DNA of 64,000 nucleotides from a virus (Duplodnaviria; Caudoviricetes): the IMG/VR virus record IMGVR_UViG_3300017589_000168, positions 1 through 64,000 of that record, one strand, 5' to 3'. Of this stretch, positions 30,369-39,685 are shown piece after piece. Made by a program: the position numbers and the translations under genes. Positions within the stretch are counted from its first letter, which is position 1. Every line of letters starts with the position of its first letter. The notes under the pieces were generated by a model. It worked only from the letters and a program-made list of their open reading frames with translations, did not search any database and was not told the origin of the DNA.

Positions 30369-30653
30369 ATGAAAAATCTCATGAACAAAATCGTTTCCAA
30401 AGCACAGGACACCGCTGGCAGACTGAAAGATAAGGCTATCCGCACCTATCTCCGTTTTACGCAGGCAAGGCAGCGCACTGCCGCTGTCCTGTCCAGCCAG
30501 TCCGGGGAAGGCTTCGTGGATACCGCCCTCAAAATCTTGATTTCTGTTGTGGTTGGTGCGTTGCTGCTTGCCGGGCTTTATATGCTCTTTAATGATACGA
30601 TTCTGCCCACCCTGACCGATCGTATCAAGAGCCTTTTCAACTACAAGGGCTAA
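30369..30653 (+). CDS. DUF6133-like protein, probable Flp-type major pilin
   Basis: Long basic leader, SG|EGFVD, then a hydrophobic helix and a short tail. Confidence 0.65.
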   Translation: MKNLMNKIVSKAQDTAGRLKDKAIRTYLRFTQARQRTAAVLSSQSGEGFVDTALKILISVVVGALLLAGLYMLFNDTILPTLTDRIKSLFNYKG

Positions 30654-30732
30654 AGGAAAAGGCGGTCCGTCCCTTCGGCTTAGAGCCAAGGGCGGACATT
30701 CTATTTTATTCAAACATTGAGGAGGAACCAAC

Positions 30733-31008
30733 ATGAACGTAACAGCAAAAATCGTTGCCAACCTGACCGATCAGGGCAGGCTCAAGGCCATTTCCACCGT
30801 TTGCTTAAACGGTGAGTTTCTGATTACCGGGGTCCGCATCGTGGACTGTGAAAAGGGGCTGGGTGTATTTATGCCCAGCCGCAAAACCAAGAGTGAGGAA
30901 TACCGGGACATCTGCTTTCCCATCACCCCGGAGCTTCACCAAACCATCAAAGAAACGGTGCTGGAAGCCTACCAAAACCAGTCGGAACAGGCGAATGAAG
31001 CAGAATAA
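30733..31008 (+). CDS. spoVG: SpoVG-family nucleic-acid-binding protein
   Basis: LKA...GVRIV...GVFMPSRK...YRDICFPIT. Confidence 0.85.
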   Translation: MNVTAKIVANLTDQGRLKAISTVCLNGEFLITGVRIVDCEKGLGVFMPSRKTKSEEYRDICFPITPELHQTIKETVLEAYQNQSEQANEAE

Positions 31009-31065
31009 ACGATGTGCAGCAAACGCCCTGCGGGATCTCCCGCAGGGCAAGGAGGTGAAAATCAC

Positions 31066-31908
31066 TTGGAGATAATCCTTGTACTGCTCATCGTAGCGGT
31101 GTTAAACGGTGCGGTAGCTTTTATAGATGAAATGCTTTCCGACCTCGTTCCCATGACCTTAAACGCCGACCAGTATATGATCGCCGCAGGCGGCGGCAGT
31201 ATGGTATCTGTGCTGTTTGACATCCTGCTGGGCTTTGGTGTGTCCCTGATTATCCTGAAGTTTCTGAAAAAAGGATTTGAGTGCTATGTCATGTGGACGG
31301 ACGGCGACCCGGATGTGGAGCCGGTCCACCTCGTTATCCGCTTTATTCAGGCCATAGCAGTAGCGGTCTGTTTTCCGGTCATGTACGGCTGGCTTGCAGA
31401 AATCACCCAAAACCTGACGGATGAACTAATGGCCGCTATCGGTGCCGCCACCAATTATAACTGGCAGGCATGGGTAAACGGTCTTAGCTCCCTTGGACTG
31501 GTAACGGCGATTTTCGGTCTGATTTTCGTGGTCTGCTACTTTGTGCTGTATTTCCAGTTTTTAATGCGCGGGCTTGAAATCATGATTCTGCGCATTGGTC
31601 TGCCACTTGCCTGCGTGGGACTTTTGGACAATGACAAGGGCGTGTTCAAGACCTATATCAATAAGTTTTTTCAGTCCACCCTTGCCGTAGTCGTACAGAT
31701 ATGCCTATGCAAACTGGGAGTCGGCATGATGATGAACGTAGGCATCAACATGAATATCTTTTGGGGAATTGCCTGTATCGTGCTTGCCATCAAGACTCCT
31801 CGTTTCCTCAGTGAATTTATGGTTCCCGCAGGCGGCGGTGCCGGTATGATTAACAATGTATATCACTCTGTCAGGCTGGTTGGCATGGCAAAGGGCATGA
31901 TCAAGTAA
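31066..31908 (+). CDS. VirB6/TrbL-like polytopic membrane protein
   Basis: Multiple TM helices; R.LEI.ILR.G.PLA.VG motif; TTG start after GGAGGTG. Confidence 0.75.
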   Translation: MEIILVLLIVAVLNGAVAFIDEMLSDLVPMTLNADQYMIAAGGGSMVSVLFDILLGFGVSLIILKFLKKGFECYVMWTDGDPDVEPVHLVIRFIQAIAVAVCFPVMYGWLAEITQNLTDELMAAIGAATNYNWQAWVNGLSSLGLVTAIFGLIFVVCYFVLYFQFLMRGLEIMILRIGLPLACVGLLDNDKGVFKTYINKFFQSTLAVVVQICLCKLGVGMMMNVGINMNIFWGIACIVLAIKTPRFLSEFMVPAGGGAGMINNVYHSVRLVGMAKGMIK

Positions 31909-31924
31909 AGGCGGTGATGGCGGG

Positions 31925-32137
31925 ATGATAACTCTTGACGATATTTCCATGGCGGTCATTGCCCTCATTCGCCTTGGTGCTGTGTTTCGCTTTGTTTACT
32001 GCATGGTACAGTTGCAGGGCGCCGAGGAAGAACAGGCGAGGTACAAAAAACGGGCAAAAAATACCGTAGTGTTCTATGTGATTGCCGAGTGCATCTGGCA
32101 GATCAAAGAGATTATTTTTTTCTACTATGGGGCGTAG
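31925..32137 (+). CDS. Small 2-TM protein, second VirB2-like paralog
   Basis: Same architecture as 29916..30278 (TM, AEEE..KK, TM, YY). Confidence 0.55.
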   Translation: MITLDDISMAVIALIRLGAVFRFVYCMVQLQGAEEEQARYKKRAKNTVVFYVIAECIWQIKEIIFFYYGA

Positions 32138-32153
32138 AGAGAGTTACTAAATG

Positions 32154-32212
32154 CCTGACGGATACGGTTATACAAGTGCAACTATATCTGTCAGGTGCTT
32201 TTGTATTTTTTA
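32154..32212 (+). terminator. Hairpin and T-rich tract upstream of the cargo gene
   Basis: CCTGACGGATA/TATCTGTCAGG stem, followed by GCTTTTGTATTTTTT. Confidence 0.45.
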
Positions 32213-32216
32213 AGTA

Positions 32217-32245
32217 TTGACATCCCTTGCCATTTGCTGTAAACT
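32217..32245 (+). promoter_or_regulatory. SigA promoter of the HTH-GTPase gene
   Basis: TTGACA-17 bp-TAAACT. Confidence 0.75.
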
Positions 32246-32309
32246 ATGTTCACAATCATGTGAATTAAGTTAACAAAGAAGTGAATATGATTAACAGGAG
32301 GGTGTTGGC

Positions 32310-34130
32310 ATGATTATTGAAAAAGAATTGTTGGCATTAAGTGACGTAGCAAAATTGTGTGGGACTAGCAACAGCAACGTTTCAAATTGGAGAACCCGTG
32401 ACTCAAAGTTCCCTGCTCCTTATACAGAGACGTCTGCTGGTCCGATATGGAAAGCAGAGGATATTGTTACATATCTCCAAAAGAAATTTGATGATGAGTA
32501 CGATGTGATTTCAACAGGTAACATATCCTCAAAGCGCATGGCAATAATAGGACGAGCACGAGGTGGAAAGTCGTTCTTTAATTCAAGATTTGTCTTTGAT
32601 CGAACAGGATTTGTTGCTTTATTTTGTGGAAATAACAGCGATAAAACCGCTTGCCCGATATATATAAAAATCTCAGAGTATATTACATTGGAGAATTTTA
32701 TATTCCATTCAGATTTCAATAGTATTTATCAGGCAGATGATGAAGATAACGAACTTAAGACATTAAAAGAGAAAGTATCAGCACTGGTTGATCACTCATA
32801 TTTACAGGATGACATCGAAAAGATGAATGAAATTGAGGGTATCATTAGGGAAATTAGAACCGTAGAAGAGCGATACCCAAATCGAAGGAACAGTAACACA
32901 TATATTGATACGTTTCAAAGACCAAGTGCTTTTTGTAAGGAGATTCTCAGAATATGTGGTCTTGGAAGCATTGAGATTGTTGATACACCGGGTGTTTCGG
33001 GTAATGTAGAGGCATCCAAAATTGCCAAATCTGATATTTATTTATTTTTACTAAAGCCAGACAATGGCGATGAATCACAGACAATACGGAAAATTGTAAC
33101 AGAGATTAAAGCAGATGTTGCAACCAGCAAAGCAGTCTTTTTGTATAAGAAAGAAGGGGTGTTTCTTACAAAGAAGAAGTATGATGACGCACGGTTAGCA
33201 GTACGCAGAGATATGGCTGCGTATAGCGAGCTGTTTAAGGATCTTAAAGGAAATATTATTTCTACAGAATTGGATGTTTTGGATCCAGCAAGTCACTGCA
33301 TCCTTTTTCCCACAATGGATCCGGATGAAATTATTCTTCCAGAAGAATTGTTTCTTGAAGAAATAAAAGAAAAGTTGTTGGAAGCGTTTAAGCCAGAAGA
33401 TCCAAGCAGTAAAGACGAAGCATTCAAAAGTATAATTTCAGAACTTGGAGTACAGGCAGAGGAATTTATGCTGAATATCATGAGGAATATTCCAAAGCAT
33501 AAACTTGGTGTGGGTGAGAATAAATACTCTGTCGAACAGGTAATTACGGGACAGCATGATAGAGTTATGACAAAAGATAATTACAGGTTTCATAACGATC
33601 TAGATCATGCATATGCTAGCGAAAGTAGGATCTTGGACAATTACTTTTCATCTTTTAAAGCTACAGAATATCCAGAAGAATGGAAACAGATTATAATCAA
33701 GTATGTGCATAAAAAGTTGACAGCTAGCGTTAGAGCAGACCGTGGGTTGGGTGTTGGAACGCATCCTTGGGAAGAAAGACCTGCTAGAACGATGTTGATT
33801 GAAGAGTCAATTTTGGCTGATAGAATTCTTGCTAATATCCTAGATAAGGATGAGAGGAACAGAAATGCACCATACAGAAAAGCATTGATAGATAGTAATA
33901 TCACCAGTGCAACATGGAATTATGTGGGGTGTGTAAATGAGGATGATGCAGTTACAAAGCTGAAAATAGTTGAGGAATGCCTGTTAAACGTTAGTGTGTC
34001 ATCTCGTCAAGAAATGGTATTGTGTAGATATGTGGGTGGACTTCGTAAAATCGCACAGTATAAAATCCTTCAAAATATAGGTTATAAAAAGGATAAGTGC
34101 ATGGAGGAAATAAAAAAAATGCCATTCTAA
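32310..34130 (+). CDS. AT-rich cargo: N-terminal HTH fused to a dynamin-like P-loop GTPase
   Basis: HTH LSDVAKLCGTSNSNVSNWR; G1 GRARGGKS, G2-like KTACP, G3 DTPG; helical C-terminus. Confidence 0.75.
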   Translation: MIIEKELLALSDVAKLCGTSNSNVSNWRTRDSKFPAPYTETSAGPIWKAEDIVTYLQKKFDDEYDVISTGNISSKRMAIIGRARGGKSFFNSRFVFDRTGFVALFCGNNSDKTACPIYIKISEYITLENFIFHSDFNSIYQADDEDNELKTLKEKVSALVDHSYLQDDIEKMNEIEGIIREIRTVEERYPNRRNSNTYIDTFQRPSAFCKEILRICGLGSIEIVDTPGVSGNVEASKIAKSDIYLFLLKPDNGDESQTIRKIVTEIKADVATSKAVFLYKKEGVFLTKKKYDDARLAVRRDMAAYSELFKDLKGNIISTELDVLDPASHCILFPTMDPDEIILPEELFLEEIKEKLLEAFKPEDPSSKDEAFKSIISELGVQAEEFMLNIMRNIPKHKLGVGENKYSVEQVITGQHDRVMTKDNYRFHNDLDHAYASESRILDNYFSSFKATEYPEEWKQIIIKYVHKKLTASVRADRGLGVGTHPWEERPARTMLIEESILADRILANILDKDERNRNAPYRKALIDSNITSATWNYVGCVNEDDAVTKLKIVEECLLNVSVSSRQEMVLCRYVGGLRKIAQYKILQNIGYKKDKCMEEIKKMPF

Positions 34131-34191
34131 ATTTTAAACAACAATTTTTAATGTATGCACTCTATATCAGGATGCATCAGTGTTGTGAAAG

Positions 34192-34233
34192 CTCCTTTGA
34201 GGCCATGGACTTGTGCTTCAAAGGAGTCTTTTT
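34192..34233 (+). terminator. Terminator of the cargo gene
   Basis: 12-bp stem CTCCTTTGAGGC/GCTTCAAAGGAG followed by TCTTTTT. Confidence 0.65.
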
Positions 34234-34267
34234 ATATATAAAAAATCAAGGAAAGGAGGTTCTCTAT

Positions 34268-34591
34268 GTGTTAAACGAAATCAATCTGTATATCCCCACC
34301 GGAGTCAAGGCTGAAAATGAGCTATTTAACGGCTTTGGTAAACGGGAACTGATGCAAAGCGTCATCGGCTCCCTGTTCGGCGGTGCGGTGGCTGCCCTTT
34401 TATGGCTGATTGCCGGAAATGTGGCATTGACCGTAGTGGCAGTCTTATCCGGCATTTTCGGCTCGGTAATGATGTGTACGAAAGACCAGAACAATCAAAG
34501 TGTGGTAGACCAAATCCGGGATATGATACGGTTTTGGCGCAGCCAGCAGATTTACCCCTACCGTATGGGGGATGAGTGGGGTATGAAGTAA
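34268..34591 (+). CDS. PrgI/VirB3-like small membrane protein
   Basis: YIP..VKAE.ELF.GFG..EL, two TMs; SD AAGGAGG before GTG. Confidence 0.6.
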   Translation: MLNEINLYIPTGVKAENELFNGFGKRELMQSVIGSLFGGAVAALLWLIAGNVALTVVAVLSGIFGSVMMCTKDQNNQSVVDQIRDMIRFWRSQQIYPYRMGDEWGMK

Positions 34592-34604
34592 AGGAGGATG
34601 AAAA

Positions 34605-36314
34605 TTGACATTTCTTGACCTTTTTTCAGGGATCGGCGGATTCCGTAGAGGTCTCGAAAGAAGCGGACATACCTGTGTGGGTCATGTCGAAATTGATAAA
34701 TACGCAAACAAGAGCTATATGGCAATGTACGAGCTTGCGCCCTGCCCTTACCGGGAGGATGCAGGCTCTAATTTTTCTATGATGTGTAAACCGGAGGTGA
34801 GGAAAAACTGTGACGGAACAAACTGTAAAGGCGAATGGTACGCCAAAGACATTAAGCAAATCCGAGCAGGAGAAATTCCAAAAGCTGAAATCTGGACTTT
34901 TGGATTTCCTTGCACTGACATTTCCATCGCAGGCCGAATGGAAGGTCTTAGAGGAAGCCGAAGCGGACTGTTTTTTACAGTCGTTGGCCTGCTCAAAAGC
35001 ACGAATCCCGAAGATCGACCCCAGCAGCTTATCGTTGAAAATGTTAAGCATCTTTTGTCAAGCGAGCGGGGCGGGGCATTTACCACTGTTCTTACTGAAT
35101 TATGGGAAGCTGGGTATGACTGTGAATGGCAGGCCGTCAATTCAAAAGACTTCTTCGTCCCCCAGAACCGGGAGCGGGTGTACCTTGTTGGACATTTTGG
35201 AGGAAACCGTGGACGAAAAGTATTTCCTATCGGCGGAGCAAACACAGCGCCTGTTAAGCAGCTTATCGGGGGAAGCCAAGGAAAACGGGTCTATGACATA
35301 AGCGGTGTTTCCGTCACCCTGACGGCAGAGGGCGGCGGCTTTGCCGGACGCACGGGGCTTTATGCTGTGTCGGTCAACCGAAGGGAGGGTATTACAGGCG
35401 CTATCAGCCATGCCCATACCTTGACCGCCAGTGATTTTAGGGGATTGAACCGAAATCAGGATCAGAATGCCGTGCTTTCAGAAATTCCGCCTTGTGAGGC
35501 GTTCACCGCCTTCAATCAGGATATCAGGCGGAGTAGTCATGTGGGAGGTATTGTCTGCTTGGGCAATACCAATCCGAGCGGCAATGGTATGAATGGAAAC
35601 GTATACGACACGCACGGCCTTTCGCCAACACTCACGACGAATAAGGGGGAGGAATTAAAGGTCGCCGTTCCCGCACAAGTCCAGACCTGTGCCGCTTTTA
35701 TTGATATGAATGAGGATGCGGAGCTGACGGAAAATGCCCGGTGCATCCGGGCAAGACAATATTCAGGTATCGGCAACCACCGGGGGGAAACCTCCGGCAT
35801 TTTTTTATGCCATGGGCACCCGGACTGCGTGATGGCGGTCATCACCCCCGACCGCATGGAAAAGCGCCAGAACGGCAGGCGGTTCAAAGAACCGGGAGAA
35901 CCCAGCTTTACGCTGACAACACAGGATCAGCACGGTATTTTGCTGTGCTGCTGTGAAGGGTGGAAAGATGGACTTCCTATCCGTGAGGATAAAAAAGACG
36001 GCCATACAATGGCATACCCCGGTGATGGAATCAATCTGGCTTATCCAAACAGCAAGAAAAGCAGAGGGCGTGTCGGCCGCCAGTGTTCCCAAACTTTGAT
36101 GACAGGCGGCAGCATGGGCGTTCTTCTGTGCTGTCGTATCCGCAGGCTGACACCGAGGGAGTGCTGGAGGCTTCAAGCCTTTGAAGATTACCTGTTTGAC
36201 CGTGTGAAAGCTGCCGGTATCAGCGACGCCCAGCTTTACCGGCAGGCGGGCAATGCCGTGACCGTCAATATTGTCTATGAAATTGGCCTGCGGCTGCCGG
36301 GAGGTAGACGATGA
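34605..36314 (+). CDS. Orphan DNA (cytosine-5) methyltransferase with a long multi-TRD variable region
   Basis: FSGIGG, GFPC, ENV, PQNRERVY, RRLTPRECWRLQ, YRQAGNAV. Confidence 0.93.
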   Translation: MTFLDLFSGIGGFRRGLERSGHTCVGHVEIDKYANKSYMAMYELAPCPYREDAGSNFSMMCKPEVRKNCDGTNCKGEWYAKDIKQIRAGEIPKAEIWTFGFPCTDISIAGRMEGLRGSRSGLFFTVVGLLKSTNPEDRPQQLIVENVKHLLSSERGGAFTTVLTELWEAGYDCEWQAVNSKDFFVPQNRERVYLVGHFGGNRGRKVFPIGGANTAPVKQLIGGSQGKRVYDISGVSVTLTAEGGGFAGRTGLYAVSVNRREGITGAISHAHTLTASDFRGLNRNQDQNAVLSEIPPCEAFTAFNQDIRRSSHVGGIVCLGNTNPSGNGMNGNVYDTHGLSPTLTTNKGEELKVAVPAQVQTCAAFIDMNEDAELTENARCIRARQYSGIGNHRGETSGIFLCHGHPDCVMAVITPDRMEKRQNGRRFKEPGEPSFTLTTQDQHGILLCCCEGWKDGLPIREDKKDGHTMAYPGDGINLAYPNSKKSRGRVGRQCSQTLMTGGSMGVLLCCRIRRLTPRECWRLQAFEDYLFDRVKAAGISDAQLYRQAGNAVTVNIVYEIGLRLPGGRR

Positions 36315-36901
36315 GGTTTGGTGTCCTGTATGTAGACCCGCCCTGGTCCTATAAGGTCTATTCCAGAAAGGGGCAGGGGCGCAGTGCTGAAAATCACTAT
36401 TCCACCATGAGCGCTGAGGATATTTACAATCTTGATGTGGATGGGATCGCAGATGATGACTGTGTTCTATTCTTATGGGTCACATTCCCTTGTCTGCTGG
36501 AGGGCTTGGAAGCAATCAGGCGCTGGGGCTTTACCTATAAAACCCTCGGTTTTTGCTGGGTCAAGCGGTGCAAAAAACAAACGGAAAAATGGTTTTGGGG
36601 ATTGGGATTCTGGACAAGAGCCAACCCCGAACTGTGCCTGATTGCCACCAAAGGCAGACCGAAACGGTTATCAAAGGCGGTTCACTGCATTGTAGATACG
36701 CCGGTGGAGCGCCACAGCAAAAAGCCGGACGAGGTACGCCGCCGCATTGAACAGCTTATGGGGGATATTCCCCGTGCGGAACTGTTCGCAAGACAGCAGT
36801 ATGATGGCTGGGTCTGCCTTGGAAATGAAATTGACGGCCTTGATATTCGGGAGGCAATAAAGCAAGTAAAGGCGGTGGATAACCTGAATGGCATGGAATG
36901 A
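36311..36901 (+). CDS. MT-A70 family adenine methyltransferase
   Basis: VDPPW, LFLWVT, HSKKP, ELFAR. Confidence 0.9.
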   Translation: MRFGVLYVDPPWSYKVYSRKGQGRSAENHYSTMSAEDIYNLDVDGIADDDCVLFLWVTFPCLLEGLEAIRRWGFTYKTLGFCWVKRCKKQTEKWFWGLGFWTRANPELCLIATKGRPKRLSKAVHCIVDTPVERHSKKPDEVRRRIEQLMGDIPRAELFARQQYDGWVCLGNEIDGLDIREAIKQVKAVDNLNGME

Positions 36902-37451
36902 ACACCTAAATAGTTTTCTGGCCTGCGTCCTGCTTGCCTTTTTTGTCGGCTGGCTGTGTGATATGACCATCCGAAAAATCATAAAGAAAGACACGGCCTT
37001 TACCGCCCATATCTTTACGGCGGTAGCGGCTGTTTTTCTTGCCCTATATGGTTTTACGCCCACGGCACTTCGCTGTATCCTGCTGTGCGGGGTGCTGATT
37101 GTGGCAGGTGTGTTTGACCTTGCCACCTATGAAATCCCTGATTCCCTGCATCTGCTCATTGCTATGGCGGGGTTAGTACACTTCCAACCCCTGCCCGCAT
37201 TTTTGGGTTTCCTGCTGGTTCCCCTGCCATTTCTGATTGCCGCCCTGAAAACAGAAAAAATCGGTGGCGGTGATGTAAAGCTGATGGCGGCCAGCGGCTT
37301 TGCCCTCGGTGTGACAGGGGGTGTCTGGATGATGATATGGGGGCTTGTGGCTGCTCTGCTCTGGAATCGTGCTTTTTGCAGAGAGCAAAAGAGCCTTCCC
37401 CTTGCGCCCTTTCTTGCCTTTGGGTGCTTTATGGCGCTTTTCCCAACTTAA
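36888..37451 (+). CDS. A24 prepilin peptidase (TadV/CpaA-like)
   Basis: DLATYEIPD and GGGDVKL aspartate motifs; P.APFL. Confidence 0.9.
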   Translation: MAWNEHLNSFLACVLLAFFVGWLCDMTIRKIIKKDTAFTAHIFTAVAAVFLALYGFTPTALRCILLCGVLIVAGVFDLATYEIPDSLHLLIAMAGLVHFQPLPAFLGFLLVPLPFLIAALKTEKIGGGDVKLMAASGFALGVTGGVWMMIWGLVAALLWNRAFCREQKSLPLAPFLAFGCFMALFPT

Positions 37452-37476
37452 ATTTTGATATGGAGGAAAAAACAAA

Positions 37477-38328
37477 ATGAAAAACCTACTGAAAAACCGA
37501 ATTGTCGTGGGGCTGCTGTGTATCATCACAGCCCTGCTCATCTGCTTTGGACTGACGCCCATGTTCAACGATGCTCTCAAATCCAAGGTGGAGCTGGTGC
37601 GTGTTACCACTGAAATCAAAAAGGGCGATCAGATTACTGCAGGGCAGATTTCTACCGTAGAAGCAGGCGGCTATAATCTGCCCTTTGATGTGGTGTATAA
37701 AAAAGAGGATGTCATCGGCAAATACGCCAATGCTGACCTCTACAAAGGTGATTACATCCTGAAAACCAAGCTGTCCGACACACCTATGCTGAAAAATGAG
37801 TATTTAAGCAAACTCAATGGAGAGAACAGAGCCATTTCCATTACCATCAAGAGTTTTGCGGCAGGGCTTTCCGGCAAGCTGGAGCGCGGCGACATTGTTT
37901 CCCTGATTGCCAGTGATGTGGGAGAGGCCCGTAAAACGCTGATTCCCACGGAACTGCAATATGTTGAAATCATTGCAGCTACCGACAGCAGCGGCAACGA
38001 CCGCAACCTTCAGGAGCAGCCCAAAGACGACAGAGATACAGAGCTTGCCAGCACCATTACCGTTCTTGCCACTCCCGAACAGGCAACGCTTCTTGCTGAA
38101 CTGGAGCAGACCGGAAAGCTCCATGCTGCCCTTGTGTATCGTGGGAGTGCGGAAAATGCACAGAAGTTCTTGGATGAGCAGATGAAGGTGCTGGAGGCCC
38201 TTTATCCTGTGAAAAGCGAGGGGTTGACCTATGAAAGCGAAGATAACCATAGCGCGGGGGCATCGCCTGCCGGTATTTCTTCCGATGACACAGCGGAAAG
38301 CGGTACAGAATCCGCAGGGCAGGAATAA
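37477..38328 (+). CDS. cpaB: Flp pilus assembly protein CpaB/RcpC
   Basis: N-terminal TM, SAF-like domain, GLSGKL..GD.V, T.LATPEQA. Confidence 0.85.
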   Translation: MKNLLKNRIVVGLLCIITALLICFGLTPMFNDALKSKVELVRVTTEIKKGDQITAGQISTVEAGGYNLPFDVVYKKEDVIGKYANADLYKGDYILKTKLSDTPMLKNEYLSKLNGENRAISITIKSFAAGLSGKLERGDIVSLIASDVGEARKTLIPTELQYVEIIAATDSSGNDRNLQEQPKDDRDTELASTITVLATPEQATLLAELEQTGKLHAALVYRGSAENAQKFLDEQMKVLEALYPVKSEGLTYESEDNHSAGASPAGISSDDTAESGTESAGQE

Positions 38329-38348
38329 GGAATGGAGGGCAAAATTTT

Positions 38349-39212
38349 ATGATAAAAGATAAGATGATTGCCGTCATGGGCAGTCCGGGCAGCGGGAAAA
38401 CCATCGCTGCCCTTAAACTTGCCCTGACGCTTTCGGCGGCAAAAAAGAATGTCATTGTGGTATTCTGCGATCCGTTTACACCGGTCATTCCCACAGTCCT
38501 GCCTGCCGATACGAACCACGACACTTCGCTGGGCAGTCTTTTGACGTCTCCGGCACTGACACAGGCCAAGCTCCTGAATGCCTGCGTGCCGACAGAAAAG
38601 AACGAATACATCAGCTTTTTGGGATACCGGGCTGGAGAAAGCCTGATGCGGTATCCGCAAATCACACGGGATAAGGCAGTAGAGTTTTTTATCCTGCTTC
38701 GGTATCTGGCCGATTATGTCATCATCGACTGTACCTCTGCATTTGAAGCTGACCCGGCCTCCATTGTGGCGATAGAGCTTGCCGACAAGGTTTTAAGGCT
38801 GGGGACAGCCAACTTAAAAGGCGTTTCCTATTATCTGACCCATAATCCCATGCTGGCGGACAGCCGTTTCCGAACGGACACCCATCAGACCGTAATCGGC
38901 AACCTGAAAGCAGGGCAGGATTGGGAGTCTGCCGCCCAGCAATACGGCGGCACGGATTTTGTGCTGCCCTATGTACCGGAACTGGAGCAGCAGTATGATG
39001 AACTGGCATTGCTGACCCCGCTGGCCCAGCCGGAAAGCACCGGATATACCGCTGGAGTGGAACGGCTTTTGGGAATACACGCAGTGAAATCCAAGACAAG
39101 GTCTGCTTCACCCGCTGCGGCAACGGACACAGAGGGCGCAAAGCAGAAAGAAAAGCAAAAAGCAAAACCGGCTTTTCGATTGCCCTTTGCAAAAAACCGG
39201 GGTGAGTTTTAG
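38349..39212 (+). CDS. CpaE/TadZ-like MinD/ParA ATPase
   Basis: GSPGSGKT, YVIIDC; lies between cpaB and cpaF. Confidence 0.75.
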   Translation: MIKDKMIAVMGSPGSGKTIAALKLALTLSAAKKNVIVVFCDPFTPVIPTVLPADTNHDTSLGSLLTSPALTQAKLLNACVPTEKNEYISFLGYRAGESLMRYPQITRDKAVEFFILLRYLADYVIIDCTSAFEADPASIVAIELADKVLRLGTANLKGVSYYLTHNPMLADSRFRTDTHQTVIGNLKAGQDWESAAQQYGGTDFVLPYVPELEQQYDELALLTPLAQPESTGYTAGVERLLGIHAVKSKTRSASPAAATDTEGAKQKEKQKAKPAFRLPFAKNRGEF

Positions 39213-39685
39213 TGCTCACCATCAGCCATATAGAACTGAACGATGCCAATGCCTATGTGACGGCACATCACCGGCATCACGGAGCTGTGCGGGGACACCG
39301 ATTTTCTCTTGCCTGTTTCGAGGATAGCAGGCTGTGCGGTGTCGCTATTGTGGGCAGACCGCGCTCCCGCCGTATTGACCAGTGTATGACTGTGGAGGTT
39401 CTGCGGCTCTGTACGGACGGCACGAGGAACGCCTGCTCTAAACTATACGGAGCCTGCCGCCGTGCGGCAAAGGCGCTGGGCTATCAGCGGCTCATTACCT
39501 ATATTTTAGCGGAGGAAAACGGCAAAAGTCTTTTGGCAAGCGGGTTTTCCTACTGCTATACCAGCAAGGGCGGTAGCTGGAACCAACCGGGCAGACCGAG
39601 AACCGATAAGGCTCCAGTCTGCCCGAAGTATTTGTATGAAATTATACTGGTCCGAAAGGAGGACAAAACTTGCAGAACATCTTAA
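39212..39685 (+). CDS. XF1762-like GNAT-fold protein
   Basis: HHRHH.AV.GH.FS, GVAIVGRP, EVLRLCTDG..NACS.LYGA, TY.L.EE.G.SL. Confidence 0.7.
   Translation: MLTISHIELNDANAYVTAHHRHHGAVRGHRFSLACFEDSRLCGVAIVGRPRSRRIDQCMTVEVLRLCTDGTRNACSKLYGACRRAAKALGYQRLITYILAEENGKSLLASGFSYCYTSKGGSWNQPGRPRTDKAPVCPKYLYEIILVRKEDKTCRTS

Noticed and set aside
31025-31048. 11-bp GC hairpin before the virB6-like gene as a terminator
   Set aside because: No U tract; followed directly by the SD. It may be a stability or processing element.
34097-34267. N-terminal extension of the PrgI-like ORF in the track
   Set aside because: Spans a terminator; the SD supports GTG at 34268.
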